A stretch of DNA of 33,721 nt, from positions 1 through 33,721 of the IMG/VR virus record IMGVR_UViG_3300031811_000004. The stretch is one strand, 5' to 3'. A model generated the notes under the pieces. That model searched no databases. It was not told the origin of the DNA and saw only the letters and a program-made list of their open reading frames with translations. This document shows, in pieces, positions 1 to 8,884 of the stretch. The stretch is from a virus (lineage: Duplodnaviria; Caudoviricetes). The translations under genes were made by a program, and so were the position numbers. Every line of letters starts with the position of its first letter. The stretch's first letter is position 1.

Positions 1-540
1 TATGAGACCTCTAAGCAAACTGTAACCACTTGGTTGACTAGTAAGAGTACCCTTACAACCTATGATACGAGTCATCAGACATTAACTACTTGGACTACTG
101 CGTGGCAGACAAGTAAGAATACTACGACTACATATAATACGTCTAAGTCGACTTTAACTACTTGGCAGACAAGTAGGACGACTCAAACTACTACTACATA
201 CGAAACATCTAAGCAAACTGTGACAAGTTATTTAACTTCTAAGCAGACTTTAACTACATATAATACTAGTAAATCAACCTTAACAACTTGGCAAACTTAT
301 TTTAATACTACGAAGCAAACAGGTACTACGGTTAGCACAACTAAGCAGACCGCAACTACCTATCAGACATCTAAACAGACTGCTACTACGTATGAAACGT
401 CTAAGCAGACAGTTACTTCGTATTTGACATCAAAACAAACTAGTACCTCAAGGGATACTACATTACAGACGAATACTCTTTATCAAACATCAGTACAGAC
501 ACTCACTACTTACAATACTACAGTGGTGACTAGTTGGTTT
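1..540 (+). repeat. Degenerate ~30-bp coding tandem repeat (10-aa unit [YW]xTSKxTxTT)
   Basis: Units include YETSKQTVTT, YNTSKSTLTT (twice), YLTSKQTLTT, YQTSKQTATT and YETSKQTVTS. Identical peptides use different synonymous codons. Confidence 0.85.
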
Positions 541-570
541 ACTACGTTTGGTGATGGTGGTTCGTCATAG
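1..570 (+). CDS. Thr-rich repeat protein (5'-truncated), putative virion fibre/surface protein
   Basis: Frame 1 is open from base 1 (YETSKQTVTTWLTSKST...) to TAG at 568-570, so the TTG at 34 is probably internal. It consists almost entirely of ~10-aa units [YW]xTSKxTxTT. Confidence 0.75.
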   Translation, partial: YETSKQTVTTWLTSKSTLTTYDTSHQTLTTWTTAWQTSKNTTTTYNTSKSTLTTWQTSRTTQTTTTYETSKQTVTSYLTSKQTLTTYNTSKSTLTTWQTYFNTTKQTGTTVSTTKQTATTYQTSKQTATTYETSKQTVTSYLTSKQTSTSRDTTLQTNTLYQTSVQTLTTYNTTVVTSWFTTFGDGGSS

Positions 571-579
571 GAGGATAAA

Positions 580-1557
580 ATGGGAAGAAAAGAATCAAAG
601 AAACATCAACATAAAGACCCCGATAATTGTAAACCTGTTATGTTCAATAGGGAACGGCAGGCAAAAAGGTTAGGCTCTCTTCATAAGAGTTCTAGCTTGT
701 ACCACTTAAAGCCAGTAGAAGAGCTTTTATGTGAATTAATGAAAGACTACTACCCTGTCGAGTGGTGTTATGACGTTAATGCTCAAGAGATACCTTGGTT
801 TAGGACACTAAACTATACTGAGTATGCTCATTCATTGATTATTCATCCACTTAATGAATACTTAAAGTCTAATCAGCTTCGTGCGGCTACAGATGGTAGC
901 CAGACTATATACGATGATTGGTGTGACTACTTTAAGAGTAAGATTGGTGCAGGCACTTCTAATAAGTACGCTAAACGTGGTGACTCTACTAAGTTTGAAC
1001 ATCGTAAGGCTCTATGTGTATTGGTAGGAAGTAATAAAATCAAAGAGCGTCTTTGTTTAAATAAGATGAGACACATACAAGAAGTATGGGGAGATGAGGT
1101 GTGGTTTAAGCCACATCCTATAACAACGCATCAGATTATTGGAGAGTTAAAAGATATGATGGGCGAGGAAAACATCTTACCCAGAAATTGTGATGTATAC
1201 TATTTCTTAAGAGGTGCTGAGAAGGTGTATACTACCCATATGAGTGAGACAGCGTTGTATGCTACAGTCCTTGGTAAAGAGATTGAACCAATGGAAGTTA
1301 TACAACATGTTCATCAAGGTTCATTCTACTGGATAAATAGATATTTGTTTGATAATTGTGTTCATGGTAAATCTAATGAACATTTTATTAACTACGGCTT
1401 TAGTAACTATAGGTCTGGTATCTTTAATCCTGAAGTAGATAGGGATTGGGAGGGTAAGCTAGACAAATACCTGAAGTGGATTATGGGTGAAAGAGAACTT
1501 TATAAGACTTGGTATATTGATGGCAAGGAGGAATACAGGCGACATCAAAATATTTGA
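580..1557 (+). CDS. KpsS/Capsule_synth-like (glycosyltransferase-like) protein
   Basis: SD GGAGG upstream. The segment WFKPHP...YFLRGAEKVYTTHMSETALYATVLGKEI resembles the K.HP ... V.T..S....A...GK.v pattern of KpsC/KpsS-type transferases. Confidence 0.5.
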   Translation: MGRKESKKHQHKDPDNCKPVMFNRERQAKRLGSLHKSSSLYHLKPVEELLCELMKDYYPVEWCYDVNAQEIPWFRTLNYTEYAHSLIIHPLNEYLKSNQLRAATDGSQTIYDDWCDYFKSKIGAGTSNKYAKRGDSTKFEHRKALCVLVGSNKIKERLCLNKMRHIQEVWGDEVWFKPHPITTHQIIGELKDMMGEENILPRNCDVYYFLRGAEKVYTTHMSETALYATVLGKEIEPMEVIQHVHQGSFYWINRYLFDNCVHGKSNEHFINYGFSNYRSGIFNPEVDRDWEGKLDKYLKWIMGERELYKTWYIDGKEEYRRHQNI

Positions 1558-1605
1558 TTAAAATGACGTAAATTGGAACCAACGAAAAGATGGAGAATAT
1601 TGTAA

Positions 1606-1911
1606 ATGGAAGTCTATGCGGAGTATGGAGCTATAGGCGTAATTGTTTCTTTATTTGTAATGCTGATATTGAATCTTATCAAAAGTCAGCGAGCCCAGAC
1701 GAAGTACATAAATGATATTGTTTTGCATATCGCTAAAGTAGAGGGATTGTGTGTAAACATGCATAGTATACTTTTAAAGGTTTTGGATAGGTGGACTCGT
1801 AGCGATGAGACCTCTCTTAGACATCGGGAAGACATAATTAAAGAGTTAAATGATGTGACAGATGACCTGTCATTCTTGAAAGGAAGGATAAACGGTGGAA
1901 CCCGTGGATAG
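1606..1911 (+). CDS. Holin-like membrane protein (N-terminal TM helix plus coiled coil)
   Basis: Hydrophobic YGAIGVIVSLFVMLILNLI followed by a charged helical tail; upstream of the endolysin; SD GGAG. Confidence 0.55.
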   Translation: MEVYAEYGAIGVIVSLFVMLILNLIKSQRAQTKYINDIVLHIAKVEGLCVNMHSILLKVLDRWTRSDETSLRHREDIIKELNDVTDDLSFLKGRINGGTRG

Positions 1912-2047
1912 TTTGAAAGTATGCTGTATGAGCTTAGGGAACTATTTGTTGTCCTTATCTGATATCAGCCTAGTATTACAATGTATGGTAGCTATAATGA
2001 CAATAGTCTACCTTGGTTATAAAATAAAAACAATAAGGAGTTCTTAA
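1904..2047 (+). CDS. Small membrane protein, putative holin/antiholin (47 aa; not in ORF track)
   Basis: GTG start; MDSLKVCCMSLGNYLLSLSDISLVLQCMVAIMTIVYLGYKIKTIRSS. Fills the gap exactly, with a TAATG overlap into the next ORF. Confidence 0.6.
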   Translation: MDSLKVCCMSLGNYLLSLSDISLVLQCMVAIMTIVYLGYKIKTIRSS

Positions 2048-2199
2048 TGGATTGGATTGCTGACCATTGGACAACTTGTCTTGCCATCTTTTGGATGCTG
2101 GAGAAGGTTGTTAAACTAACGCCTGTCTCTTATGACGATATCTTGTTAGATATTGTTTGGAGCGGAATCAAAAAAGCAGTACAGGGGAAGAAGAAATAG
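2047..2199 (+). CDS. Small holin-like protein (50 aa; not in ORF track)
   Basis: SD AAGGAG then ATG; MDWIADHWTTCLAIFWMLEKVVKLTPVSYDDILLDIVWSGIKKAVQGKKK. Has a TP..DD motif and basic C-terminus as in small phage holins, and lies directly before the endolysin. Confidence 0.65.
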   Translation: MDWIADHWTTCLAIFWMLEKVVKLTPVSYDDILLDIVWSGIKKAVQGKKK

Positions 2200-2672
2200 A
2201 CTTCCGAACTGCAGTTGGACAAGTCTTGAAACACGAAGGGGGTTATGTGCACGATAAACACGACCCCGGTGGGGAGACGAAATTTGGTATATCCAGAAGG
2301 GCATACCCTGATTTGGATATAAAGAACCTTTCAGTTACTACCGCTTGTGACATTTACGAACGTGACTATTGGAATAAGGCTAAGTGTGACAAGCTACCCC
2401 CAAAATTGAGACTGATTTACTTCGACATGGTTGTTAACATGGGAAAGAAAAGGGCTGTTAAGATATTGCAGACGGCTATTAATAATAAGGGAGTCCCGAC
2501 CACTATTGACGGTGGTATTGGGCCTCAGACCTTAAGAAACTTACGGAAATCGAAGTTGGAACCTGCCAGATTGCGAGCCTATAGAGTAAAATACTATGGG
2601 GATTTGTGTGGGCGAAAACCTAGTTTAGAGAGATATTATTACGGATGGTACACGAGGGCAATAGCCACATAA
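2157..2672 (+). CDS. Endolysin, glycoside hydrolase family 108 with peptidoglycan-binding domain
   Basis: HEGGYV.D..DPGGETKFGIS motif, IYERDYW, FDMVVNMG, DGGIGPQT and GW..R. The true start is probably ATA at 2196 (see findings). Confidence 0.92.
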   Translation: MERNQKSSTGEEEIDFRTAVGQVLKHEGGYVHDKHDPGGETKFGISRRAYPDLDIKNLSVTTACDIYERDYWNKAKCDKLPPKLRLIYFDMVVNMGKKRAVKILQTAINNKGVPTTIDGGIGPQTLRNLRKSKLEPARLRAYRVKYYGDLCGRKPSLERYYYGWYTRAIAT

Positions 2673-2959
2673 CATTACCAGACACTGGAGAGACTATTTA
2701 TACGAAGTTAGAGATAAAATCCTCCAAGCGGTGGAAGAATAATCCACCCGACAGTTGTCCTGTTTGTGGTCATACGGATGTACAGGGAGTAGAAATATTG
2801 GGGGCTATAGATGGCCCCTTATTCTGGGAATGCGCAAAATGTGGGGATAGGTTCCTCAGATTTACTAAAGCGACTACCATAGGGTATCTTGACAAAACGA
2901 AGGACTTGTACATAGACCTAGAAGGATTTGATAAAATATGGGAGCAAATACCAAATTAG
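2645..2959 (+). CDS. Zn-ribbon protein
   Basis: CPVCG...WECAKCG knuckle pair. The start may be ATA at 2669. Confidence 0.6.
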   Translation: MVHEGNSHITLPDTGETIYTKLEIKSSKRWKNNPPDSCPVCGHTDVQGVEILGAIDGPLFWECAKCGDRFLRFTKATTIGYLDKTKDLYIDLEGFDKIWEQIPN

Positions 2960-3732
2960 ATAAAGGGGTAGTAAGACGTGGAATCGTTACACCAGATAAG
3001 CATTTTCCTTACCACTCGAAAGAGGCGATAGATGTTGTCTGTCAGGCTATCAAGATTACCAAGCCAGATTTCTACGTCGACCTCGGCGACACTGGTGAAT
3101 TCTCATCCGTTTCCAACCATCAATGGAAGCGAAAAAAGCGGCCACCTCTCGAATACCAGCTACCAAGGGTATACGAAGACCTCAAGGCTGTTAACGAGGG
3201 AATGGACATTATAGATGAAGCACTCAATAAGGCAAAAGTCAAAGAGCGTTATTTCACTGAGGGCAATCATGACGATTGGCTCAACAGATTTTCAGAAGAG
3301 AATCCATACCTACAGGGATTGAATGTACAGGATGGATTATTATTAAGACAGAGAGGCTATGAGTATTACCCTGCTGGTAAATACCTTAAGATGGGAGACC
3401 TGTATTTTTATCACGGTCACCACTTCGCTGGTATCTATCATACACGTAATCACCTGACTAAATTAGGATGCAATATAATGTATGGACATCATCACGACTT
3501 GCAGATGTGCAGTGTTACTCACATGGATGGGCCAAAGTCTGCTTGGTCAATCGGGTGCTTAAAGGATACATCAGATGAGACTAACGCTTGGCTTGGTAAT
3601 AGGAAAACTAATTGGGCACATGCCTTTGCAGTTGTTGATTATTACACAGACAGTAGGTTCACAGTGCATGTTGTTAATATCATTGACGGCGTTACAACAT
3701 TGTGGGGAGAGGTGCTAGACGGAAATGCCTAA
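2938..3732 (+). CDS. Calcineurin-like metallophosphoesterase
   Basis: Ordered motifs PDKH, DLGD, EGNHD, YHGH, GHHHD. Confidence 0.88.
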   Translation: MGANTKLDKGVVRRGIVTPDKHFPYHSKEAIDVVCQAIKITKPDFYVDLGDTGEFSSVSNHQWKRKKRPPLEYQLPRVYEDLKAVNEGMDIIDEALNKAKVKERYFTEGNHDDWLNRFSEENPYLQGLNVQDGLLLRQRGYEYYPAGKYLKMGDLYFYHGHHFAGIYHTRNHLTKLGCNIMYGHHHDLQMCSVTHMDGPKSAWSIGCLKDTSDETNAWLGNRKTNWAHAFAVVDYYTDSRFTVHVVNIIDGVTTLWGEVLDGNA

Positions 3733-4000
3733 GCAATATTTTGAAATAAGTAAGTTTGTATATGGTATCGTTGGTAAGCCACAGGATTCAAGGGATATAC
3801 CACCTGATGCCGCAAGTAACAGCTTAAATGTGGAACCATTAACTAAGGGTGAGATACAAGGTATACCTGATGATAGATTCTTGAAGAGAAGCGGATTTGT
3901 AAATACAGTTAGTAGTGTCTACTATAAACAAGGTGGAGCTTCTTCTGGTACTAGCGGTGGTGCTTCCTCAGGCTCTCACAACATAGACCCCCCTTCATAA
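3725..4000 (+). CDS. Putative N-terminal module of tail tubular/stabilisation protein
   Basis: SD GAGG. MPKQYFEISKF..G....DSRDIP...NV resembles N-termini of podovirus tail stabilisation proteins. Ends in a GGASSG x2 linker. Confidence 0.5.
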   Translation: MPKQYFEISKFVYGIVGKPQDSRDIPPDAASNSLNVEPLTKGEIQGIPDDRFLKRSGFVNTVSSVYYKQGGASSGTSGGASSGSHNIDPPS

Positions 4001-4001
4001 T

Positions 4002-7000
4002 ATGGCTATAACAGAATCAACCAAGTATAATCAAGACTTTCTAGAAGTAGCTGGAGTTTTCAGCGGTTCAGTTGAGACTGATTATGCGGTTAAAGTAAAT
4101 GATAGTGAAAAGTGGGCTTGGAGAAGTAAAGCGCATGATTCATCTACTGGTTGGACTGCATGGTCTTCTTATGAGGATATAGTAGCTAATGATGTAGAAG
4201 CTTTATCTAATAGTATTACAATAAAATTTACTCGTGCAGACACCGCAGATTACAATGATGGTGACTATTGGTCGTTCACAGCTTATGTTGATTTAGTTGT
4301 TGCTGGAGAAGATGATACTTATGATAGTATGACTATACTGGAGAAGGAAGATGAATCTGACTTAGTTCTTATATCTAAAAAAAGTGGTACTGTTACTGTT
4401 ATAAGCAACTTCGATGGCGATTCTCCTGCGATAAGCGAAGAGGTAGCTAATATAGGTTCTACTGATACAATAGATTATGAACGTAATAATAAAGAAATAT
4501 ACATAGCTACTGGTAAGAAGAATGGCCCAAGGTGGCTTGGCTATGTTAATTCCAGTACCTTTAATGGCCCCTCTGAAACACCTGAGGTTTATAGTTGCAA
4601 TGCATTCGACTTAGTAGGCGGAGGTGAACCACCTAATGAAGATGTCTTTGACATAGGTTGTGTTATTAAAGGTGACGATGTCATATCCAATGAGGCTGAA
4701 CTTCTTGTTGGAATAAATGTGGACGGTGAAAGAGCAGACAAGTTTTTACACGTATATAACAGAGATGTAAACAAAGTGTTTAAGTTTGCTACAAATAATG
4801 TACCAATTATGATAAAGAAGTGGTACAAGCTAAATGAAGATGCTGGAGCCATAACTCAGAGATGTACTGGCGTTGCTGTATTAACAAGACCAGCTTCCCC
4901 TGAGTTTTGCGCTGAACTTCAGTTATGGTCAGTTCCAGAGTCTGGAGCAACCATTGGTCAGGATACCAACTTAGTGAAGACTTTGAAAATAAAAGCTCCA
5001 GTTGGTGTTGGTGGTGGTACAATAGATTTTATAAAAGACTTTCAAATTATGCCATCTCATACCGATTTAAGTAGTGGTTCTCTTACGTGGACTCTGTTTA
5101 TTGCCGCTAATAAACAAGGTAGGAGTGAATACCGTACGTCTGATGCTAGTAACTACCAATGGATATGGAAAAATACTGATTTTGATTCTAAAAACGATGG
5201 TGATACAGTTGATGGATGGATAAATGTCACACCTAAGATGACTTTTGCAGATGAAGCTTGGGATTGGAATGCAGGTACTGAGAAAGCTGGTTCATGGTGG
5301 TGGATGGCACGACAAACTGGTACTGGTGCTTATGCAAATAAGATAACAGCTATAAGTGCAGACACTTTTAATTGGTCTGGTCAATATGTTCATGACTTCC
5401 CTACTTATCACCTAATAGAGGCTGGCGGATATGACGACGATGGCGAGAACCCAACTGTTATGTGGACTTGTAAGCTTAGACCTATGGAATTAACAGGCAG
5501 TACTTCGTTAATATCTCATAAGGGGTCGGCTCTTACTACGGCTGAAAGCACTGCACAAGGTGGTAACTGGTATTCTACTTTAGTGGGCCCATTTATTAAT
5601 GATGATTATACAGTCAACAAAACACAGAGAACTTTTAGAGCCGCTAATTGGGTTACTTACAATATTCCAGTAGATGCAACTGGTAGTAATCAGTATCCTA
5701 TACTATTACATCAAGATGATTGGAATCATGGCATGGAACCACAGGATAGATTCATGCAGAATCATAATGTTGTTATACCAGATTGGCTTTTTACTCAGTA
5801 TGGAAGTGCTACTGGTAGAAGAGTAAATCTAAAATCATGTCCATCAAGACATCCAAACTTTGGAGTAAAGGGTAGATTCCATATCTATGGACAAAGATAC
5901 CCATCTTCTGCAAATGGTGTAAGAATGGGTATGCATTACTATAGACCCGGAAATCATACTCACTATTGTATTAAAGCAAGTTATGATGCTAATGATGCCA
6001 AGCATCACTGGACAGAGATAGATAGACCTCATATATTTCCCAATACTGGAGGAGCAACAATATTTAGTAACTGGTCTAGTGGAGACCAAGCATGGGGAAC
6101 TACTGCTGAAGATTCTGTAAAGTTCAATAAACTACCTTACGATACATTAATAGGTAGTGACGATAAATATAGGTGGAGATTGGCCGAAGGCCCAATGCTT
6201 TACAACCTTATGGTAATATCAGGGCCACCAGTAGAGTATGCATCATTTCCTAGTAATATGGTGTCAGTTAAAGAAAGAGCTTTTATAATGGGTGTTCCTT
6301 ATGGTAAAGCAACTAATAAACAGTTGTGTCTAGCTCATATGAACTTACCATATTCTAGCTATACCGACACTGCCGCAATTACTAGTGAATTTTCAGCTTC
6401 TACTGCATTCTTAAATCTTGAAACACCAGTAGATGGTGGTGATGAGTGGGCAGGTGCGTCAGATATTAAGAAAGTGTTCTATAAAATAACCTTTATATAT
6501 GATGGTTATCAAGAGACCGTCCCACTATCAAAGACTGCTGTATGGAGTAGTGGAACTGCTCTGAACTATAATTTAAAGTTTGATATTAGGGTTGATGATA
6601 GTTTTGAAATTTCTAAAAGAATAGCCTCATTCGCTGTCTATAGAGCATATTCTCAAACACAATCCGATACTAAGCCAGAAGGACACTATAGGTTCTTAGA
6701 AGAAGTTGACTTGCTTAGTTTCAATCATAGTGCGGCTAACTCAAGATGGGAATATACAGTATATGATGACGGTGATGTAGAAGGTTCTTATGAAGCTATT
6801 AACGGTATCAGTGAGAATATGCATTCACTTAATATTAGGTACACGTGTAATGCACAGCAGAATGGATTCCACTTTGTAGGGAATGTTAGTCATTCTCAGT
6901 TCCCTGATGCTGAAAATTATATATTCAGGTCACAGGCTGGTAAGTTCTCCATATTTGATTGGTCAAGAGATTTCATTGTATTACCGTTTGTACCTGTAGC

Positions 7001-7808
7001 AATGAAAGGTTTCGTTGGGAAACTGTATGCCTTTGGTAAGAATCAGATTGCAGTTATAAATCCAGAGTCAATGTTTATAGAAGATGTAATTGATGGAGTA
7101 GGATGTATAGGGCCGAAGTCAGTAATGGTAGCAGAAAACGGTATGTTCTGGGTAGACCATAGAAACGCATACTTAGCGGCTCCATCGTTTAGAACTGTGG
7201 CTGACAATATTGTTGACATAGAAACCAATGGGTGGATGAACCTTACTAATGCTATACGTGACAAAGTTGTATTAGCATATGACTCTAAGAGGAAGTCCTT
7301 CCTAATCTTCTTCCAAAATGCAGCACTTGAAAATAGATGTTGGGCTTATACTGCACCAGATAAGAGATGGGATTTATGGGAAGTATCTGGAGAAGTAAAA
7401 GATTCTGTGCAAAGTAGAGATGGTAGTGCAGTGCTATTACTTAATAATAGTACAGTATGTAAATATCTATCTGGCCCTAATCGTAGAGATTGGTCATGGG
7501 AAAGTAAGAAGATGACCTTTCAACAGGACATGGTAGACAAGAAGATAAGAAATTTAAAGCTTGAAGCGAGTAGTAGAGCTAGCACTGCTTTATATTATAA
7601 AGTGGATGGCAGTTCTGCTTGGACAGCAGGAACAGATGTTAGTACTAAGTTTACTGGCTCTAATAATAGAGCATTGACCCTGACTGTAGCTGATAAGGGC
7701 AAGCAACACTGGGTAAAGATGAAGGCCACTGGAAACAACGATACTGCTGGCAGTAATATTAAGGCATATGCTATGTCTGCCATATACAAACCTAAGAGGC
7801 CTAAGTAG
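4002..7808 (+). CDS. Large tail protein (tail tubular protein B/nozzle/stabilisation-like)
   Basis: 1268 aa, rich in beta-strand-like and Trp/Asp segments. The C-terminal third has FVGNV...IFRS..GKF, LYAFGKN and GVGCIGPKSV....GMFWVD, propeller-like motifs typical of tail nozzle proteins. Lies before the ejection genes. Confidence 0.65.
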   Translation: MAITESTKYNQDFLEVAGVFSGSVETDYAVKVNDSEKWAWRSKAHDSSTGWTAWSSYEDIVANDVEALSNSITIKFTRADTADYNDGDYWSFTAYVDLVVAGEDDTYDSMTILEKEDESDLVLISKKSGTVTVISNFDGDSPAISEEVANIGSTDTIDYERNNKEIYIATGKKNGPRWLGYVNSSTFNGPSETPEVYSCNAFDLVGGGEPPNEDVFDIGCVIKGDDVISNEAELLVGINVDGERADKFLHVYNRDVNKVFKFATNNVPIMIKKWYKLNEDAGAITQRCTGVAVLTRPASPEFCAELQLWSVPESGATIGQDTNLVKTLKIKAPVGVGGGTIDFIKDFQIMPSHTDLSSGSLTWTLFIAANKQGRSEYRTSDASNYQWIWKNTDFDSKNDGDTVDGWINVTPKMTFADEAWDWNAGTEKAGSWWWMARQTGTGAYANKITAISADTFNWSGQYVHDFPTYHLIEAGGYDDDGENPTVMWTCKLRPMELTGSTSLISHKGSALTTAESTAQGGNWYSTLVGPFINDDYTVNKTQRTFRAANWVTYNIPVDATGSNQYPILLHQDDWNHGMEPQDRFMQNHNVVIPDWLFTQYGSATGRRVNLKSCPSRHPNFGVKGRFHIYGQRYPSSANGVRMGMHYYRPGNHTHYCIKASYDANDAKHHWTEIDRPHIFPNTGGATIFSNWSSGDQAWGTTAEDSVKFNKLPYDTLIGSDDKYRWRLAEGPMLYNLMVISGPPVEYASFPSNMVSVKERAFIMGVPYGKATNKQLCLAHMNLPYSSYTDTAAITSEFSASTAFLNLETPVDGGDEWAGASDIKKVFYKITFIYDGYQETVPLSKTAVWSSGTALNYNLKFDIRVDDSFEISKRIASFAVYRAYSQTQSDTKPEGHYRFLEEVDLLSFNHSAANSRWEYTVYDDGDVEGSYEAINGISENMHSLNIRYTCNAQQNGFHFVGNVSHSQFPDAENYIFRSQAGKFSIFDWSRDFIVLPFVPVAMKGFVGKLYAFGKNQIAVINPESMFIEDVIDGVGCIGPKSVMVAENGMFWVDHRNAYLAAPSFRTVADNIVDIETNGWMNLTNAIRDKVVLAYDSKRKSFLIFFQNAALENRCWAYTAPDKRWDLWEVSGEVKDSVQSRDGSAVLLLNNSTVCKYLSGPNRRDWSWESKKMTFQQDMVDKKIRNLKLEASSRASTALYYKVDGSSAWTAGTDVSTKFTGSNNRALTLTVADKGKQHWVKMKATGNNDTAGSNIKAYAMSAIYKPKRPK

Positions 7809-7912
7809 TGTTTTGCGTTGATATAGGATGGATTATGCTAGGATTAGCTAGTCTACTTATTGCTGTTGGCTATAAAATAGCAATCTTTGGAGGTAGTAGT
7901 GGCAATAACTAA
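7808..7912 (+). CDS. Small single-TM protein (34 aa; not in ORF track)
   Basis: TAGTG overlap with the upstream stop; MFCVDIGWIMLGLASLLIAVGYKIAIFGGSSGNN. Confidence 0.4.
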   Translation: MFCVDIGWIMLGLASLLIAVGYKIAIFGGSSGNN

Positions 7913-8198
7913 GGTTATAAAGCGTAGAAAGAAGATGGTTGCAACTGGTAGAAATCATTTTTCAGATGAGCCTATGGATGCTACTAAAGATATAGTGGAT
8001 AAGATAGATTCACTTACTGATAAGACTGATATGAAAACTGGAGCCGTTCAAGAATCAGGCTCAGATAGTACAGTTGGTAGTATGAGAATTGTCAAGGATG
8101 GTGAATTATATTATGTAGAATTAAAGACAGGTGATGGTTGGATAAGAAGTGACAATACTTCCGCATCTGGATTTTCAATCAGGTCTAAGGGCGGATAG
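7899..8198 (+). CDS. Hypothetical protein, probably virion-associated
   Basis: The ORF track starts at TTG 7887, but the in-frame GTG at 7899 follows SD GGAGGT and gives MAITKV... Confidence 0.6.
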   Translation: MAITKVIKRRKKMVATGRNHFSDEPMDATKDIVDKIDSLTDKTDMKTGAVQESGSDSTVGSMRIVKDGELYYVELKTGDGWIRSDNTSASGFSIRSKGG

Positions 8199-8884
8199 TG
8201 AAGGTCGATAAAGAATTGACATACCTTATGAGAAGAATATCTGAAGGTGAACGTATTGAAGACCCTTGGCCGTCTATTCACGCAACTGATATTTTTACAG
8301 ATGAGTTCTATAATAGGATGTTAGATAATTTTCCAGACAAGGATGAGTTTGAACAGTGTGTAGACTTTTCCTATGAAAGATATAGGCTTCCAATAGGACG
8401 GGACTATGAAAAGTACGATATAGTATGGAAAGAATTGTCTGAGATTCTAACGTCTCCTGAGTTAAAGCATTATTTACTGTCTCAGTTTAAAATCCCACGT
8501 GTGAATTTAGAAAAGCCTTGTACGTCATATCCACAGTTAGTAAGGGATGTTGCTGGATACAAAATCTATCCACACCCAGACTCTTCCGCAAAACTTTTAA
8601 CATTTACGATGTACATGCCAAGGGATAAGAGTCGCCCAGATATTGGGATGTGGATAAACGAATGGGGTAAGAAGGTAGACATATTTAATAGAGCTGAGTA
8701 TACCCTAGAAAATTATCCTAAGGTACGTCAGATACCATACATCCCGAACTCTTGTGTAATATTTCCTGTGAGCAAATATAGTTTTCATTCAGTAGATTTT
8801 TGTAATATAGATGACTATCAAAGAAAAAGCCTGCATAACATATATTATTACGACAAGTCGGTTACAGATGGCTGGACTGAATGA
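8198..8884 (+). CDS. 2OG-Fe(II) oxygenase superfamily protein
   Basis: HPD (HxD) ... LLTFTMYMP ... PNSCVIFP....FHSV ... RKSL supplies the distal His and the 2OG-binding RxS. Confidence 0.8.
   Translation: MKVDKELTYLMRRISEGERIEDPWPSIHATDIFTDEFYNRMLDNFPDKDEFEQCVDFSYERYRLPIGRDYEKYDIVWKELSEILTSPELKHYLLSQFKIPRVNLEKPCTSYPQLVRDVAGYKIYPHPDSSAKLLTFTMYMPRDKSRPDIGMWINEWGKKVDIFNRAEYTLENYPKVRQIPYIPNSCVIFPVSKYSFHSVDFCNIDDYQRKSLHNIYYYDKSVTDGWTE

Noticed and set aside
1-540. Repeats as a CRISPR array or DGR template
   Set aside because: The repeats are codon-degenerate and contiguous without unique spacers, and no cas or reverse transcriptase gene is visible.
1558-1605. Possible sigma70 promoter before the lysis cassette
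   Set aside because: A TTGATT hexamer is present but there is no convincing -10 at the proper spacing.
8190-8198. C-terminal Gly-Gly in ORF 7899-8198 (also 22391-22555) as ubiquitin-like E1 substrates
   Set aside because: At 8190 the GG codons double as the SD-like sequence of the next gene. Neither protein looks like a beta-grasp fold, and both lie far from ThiF.
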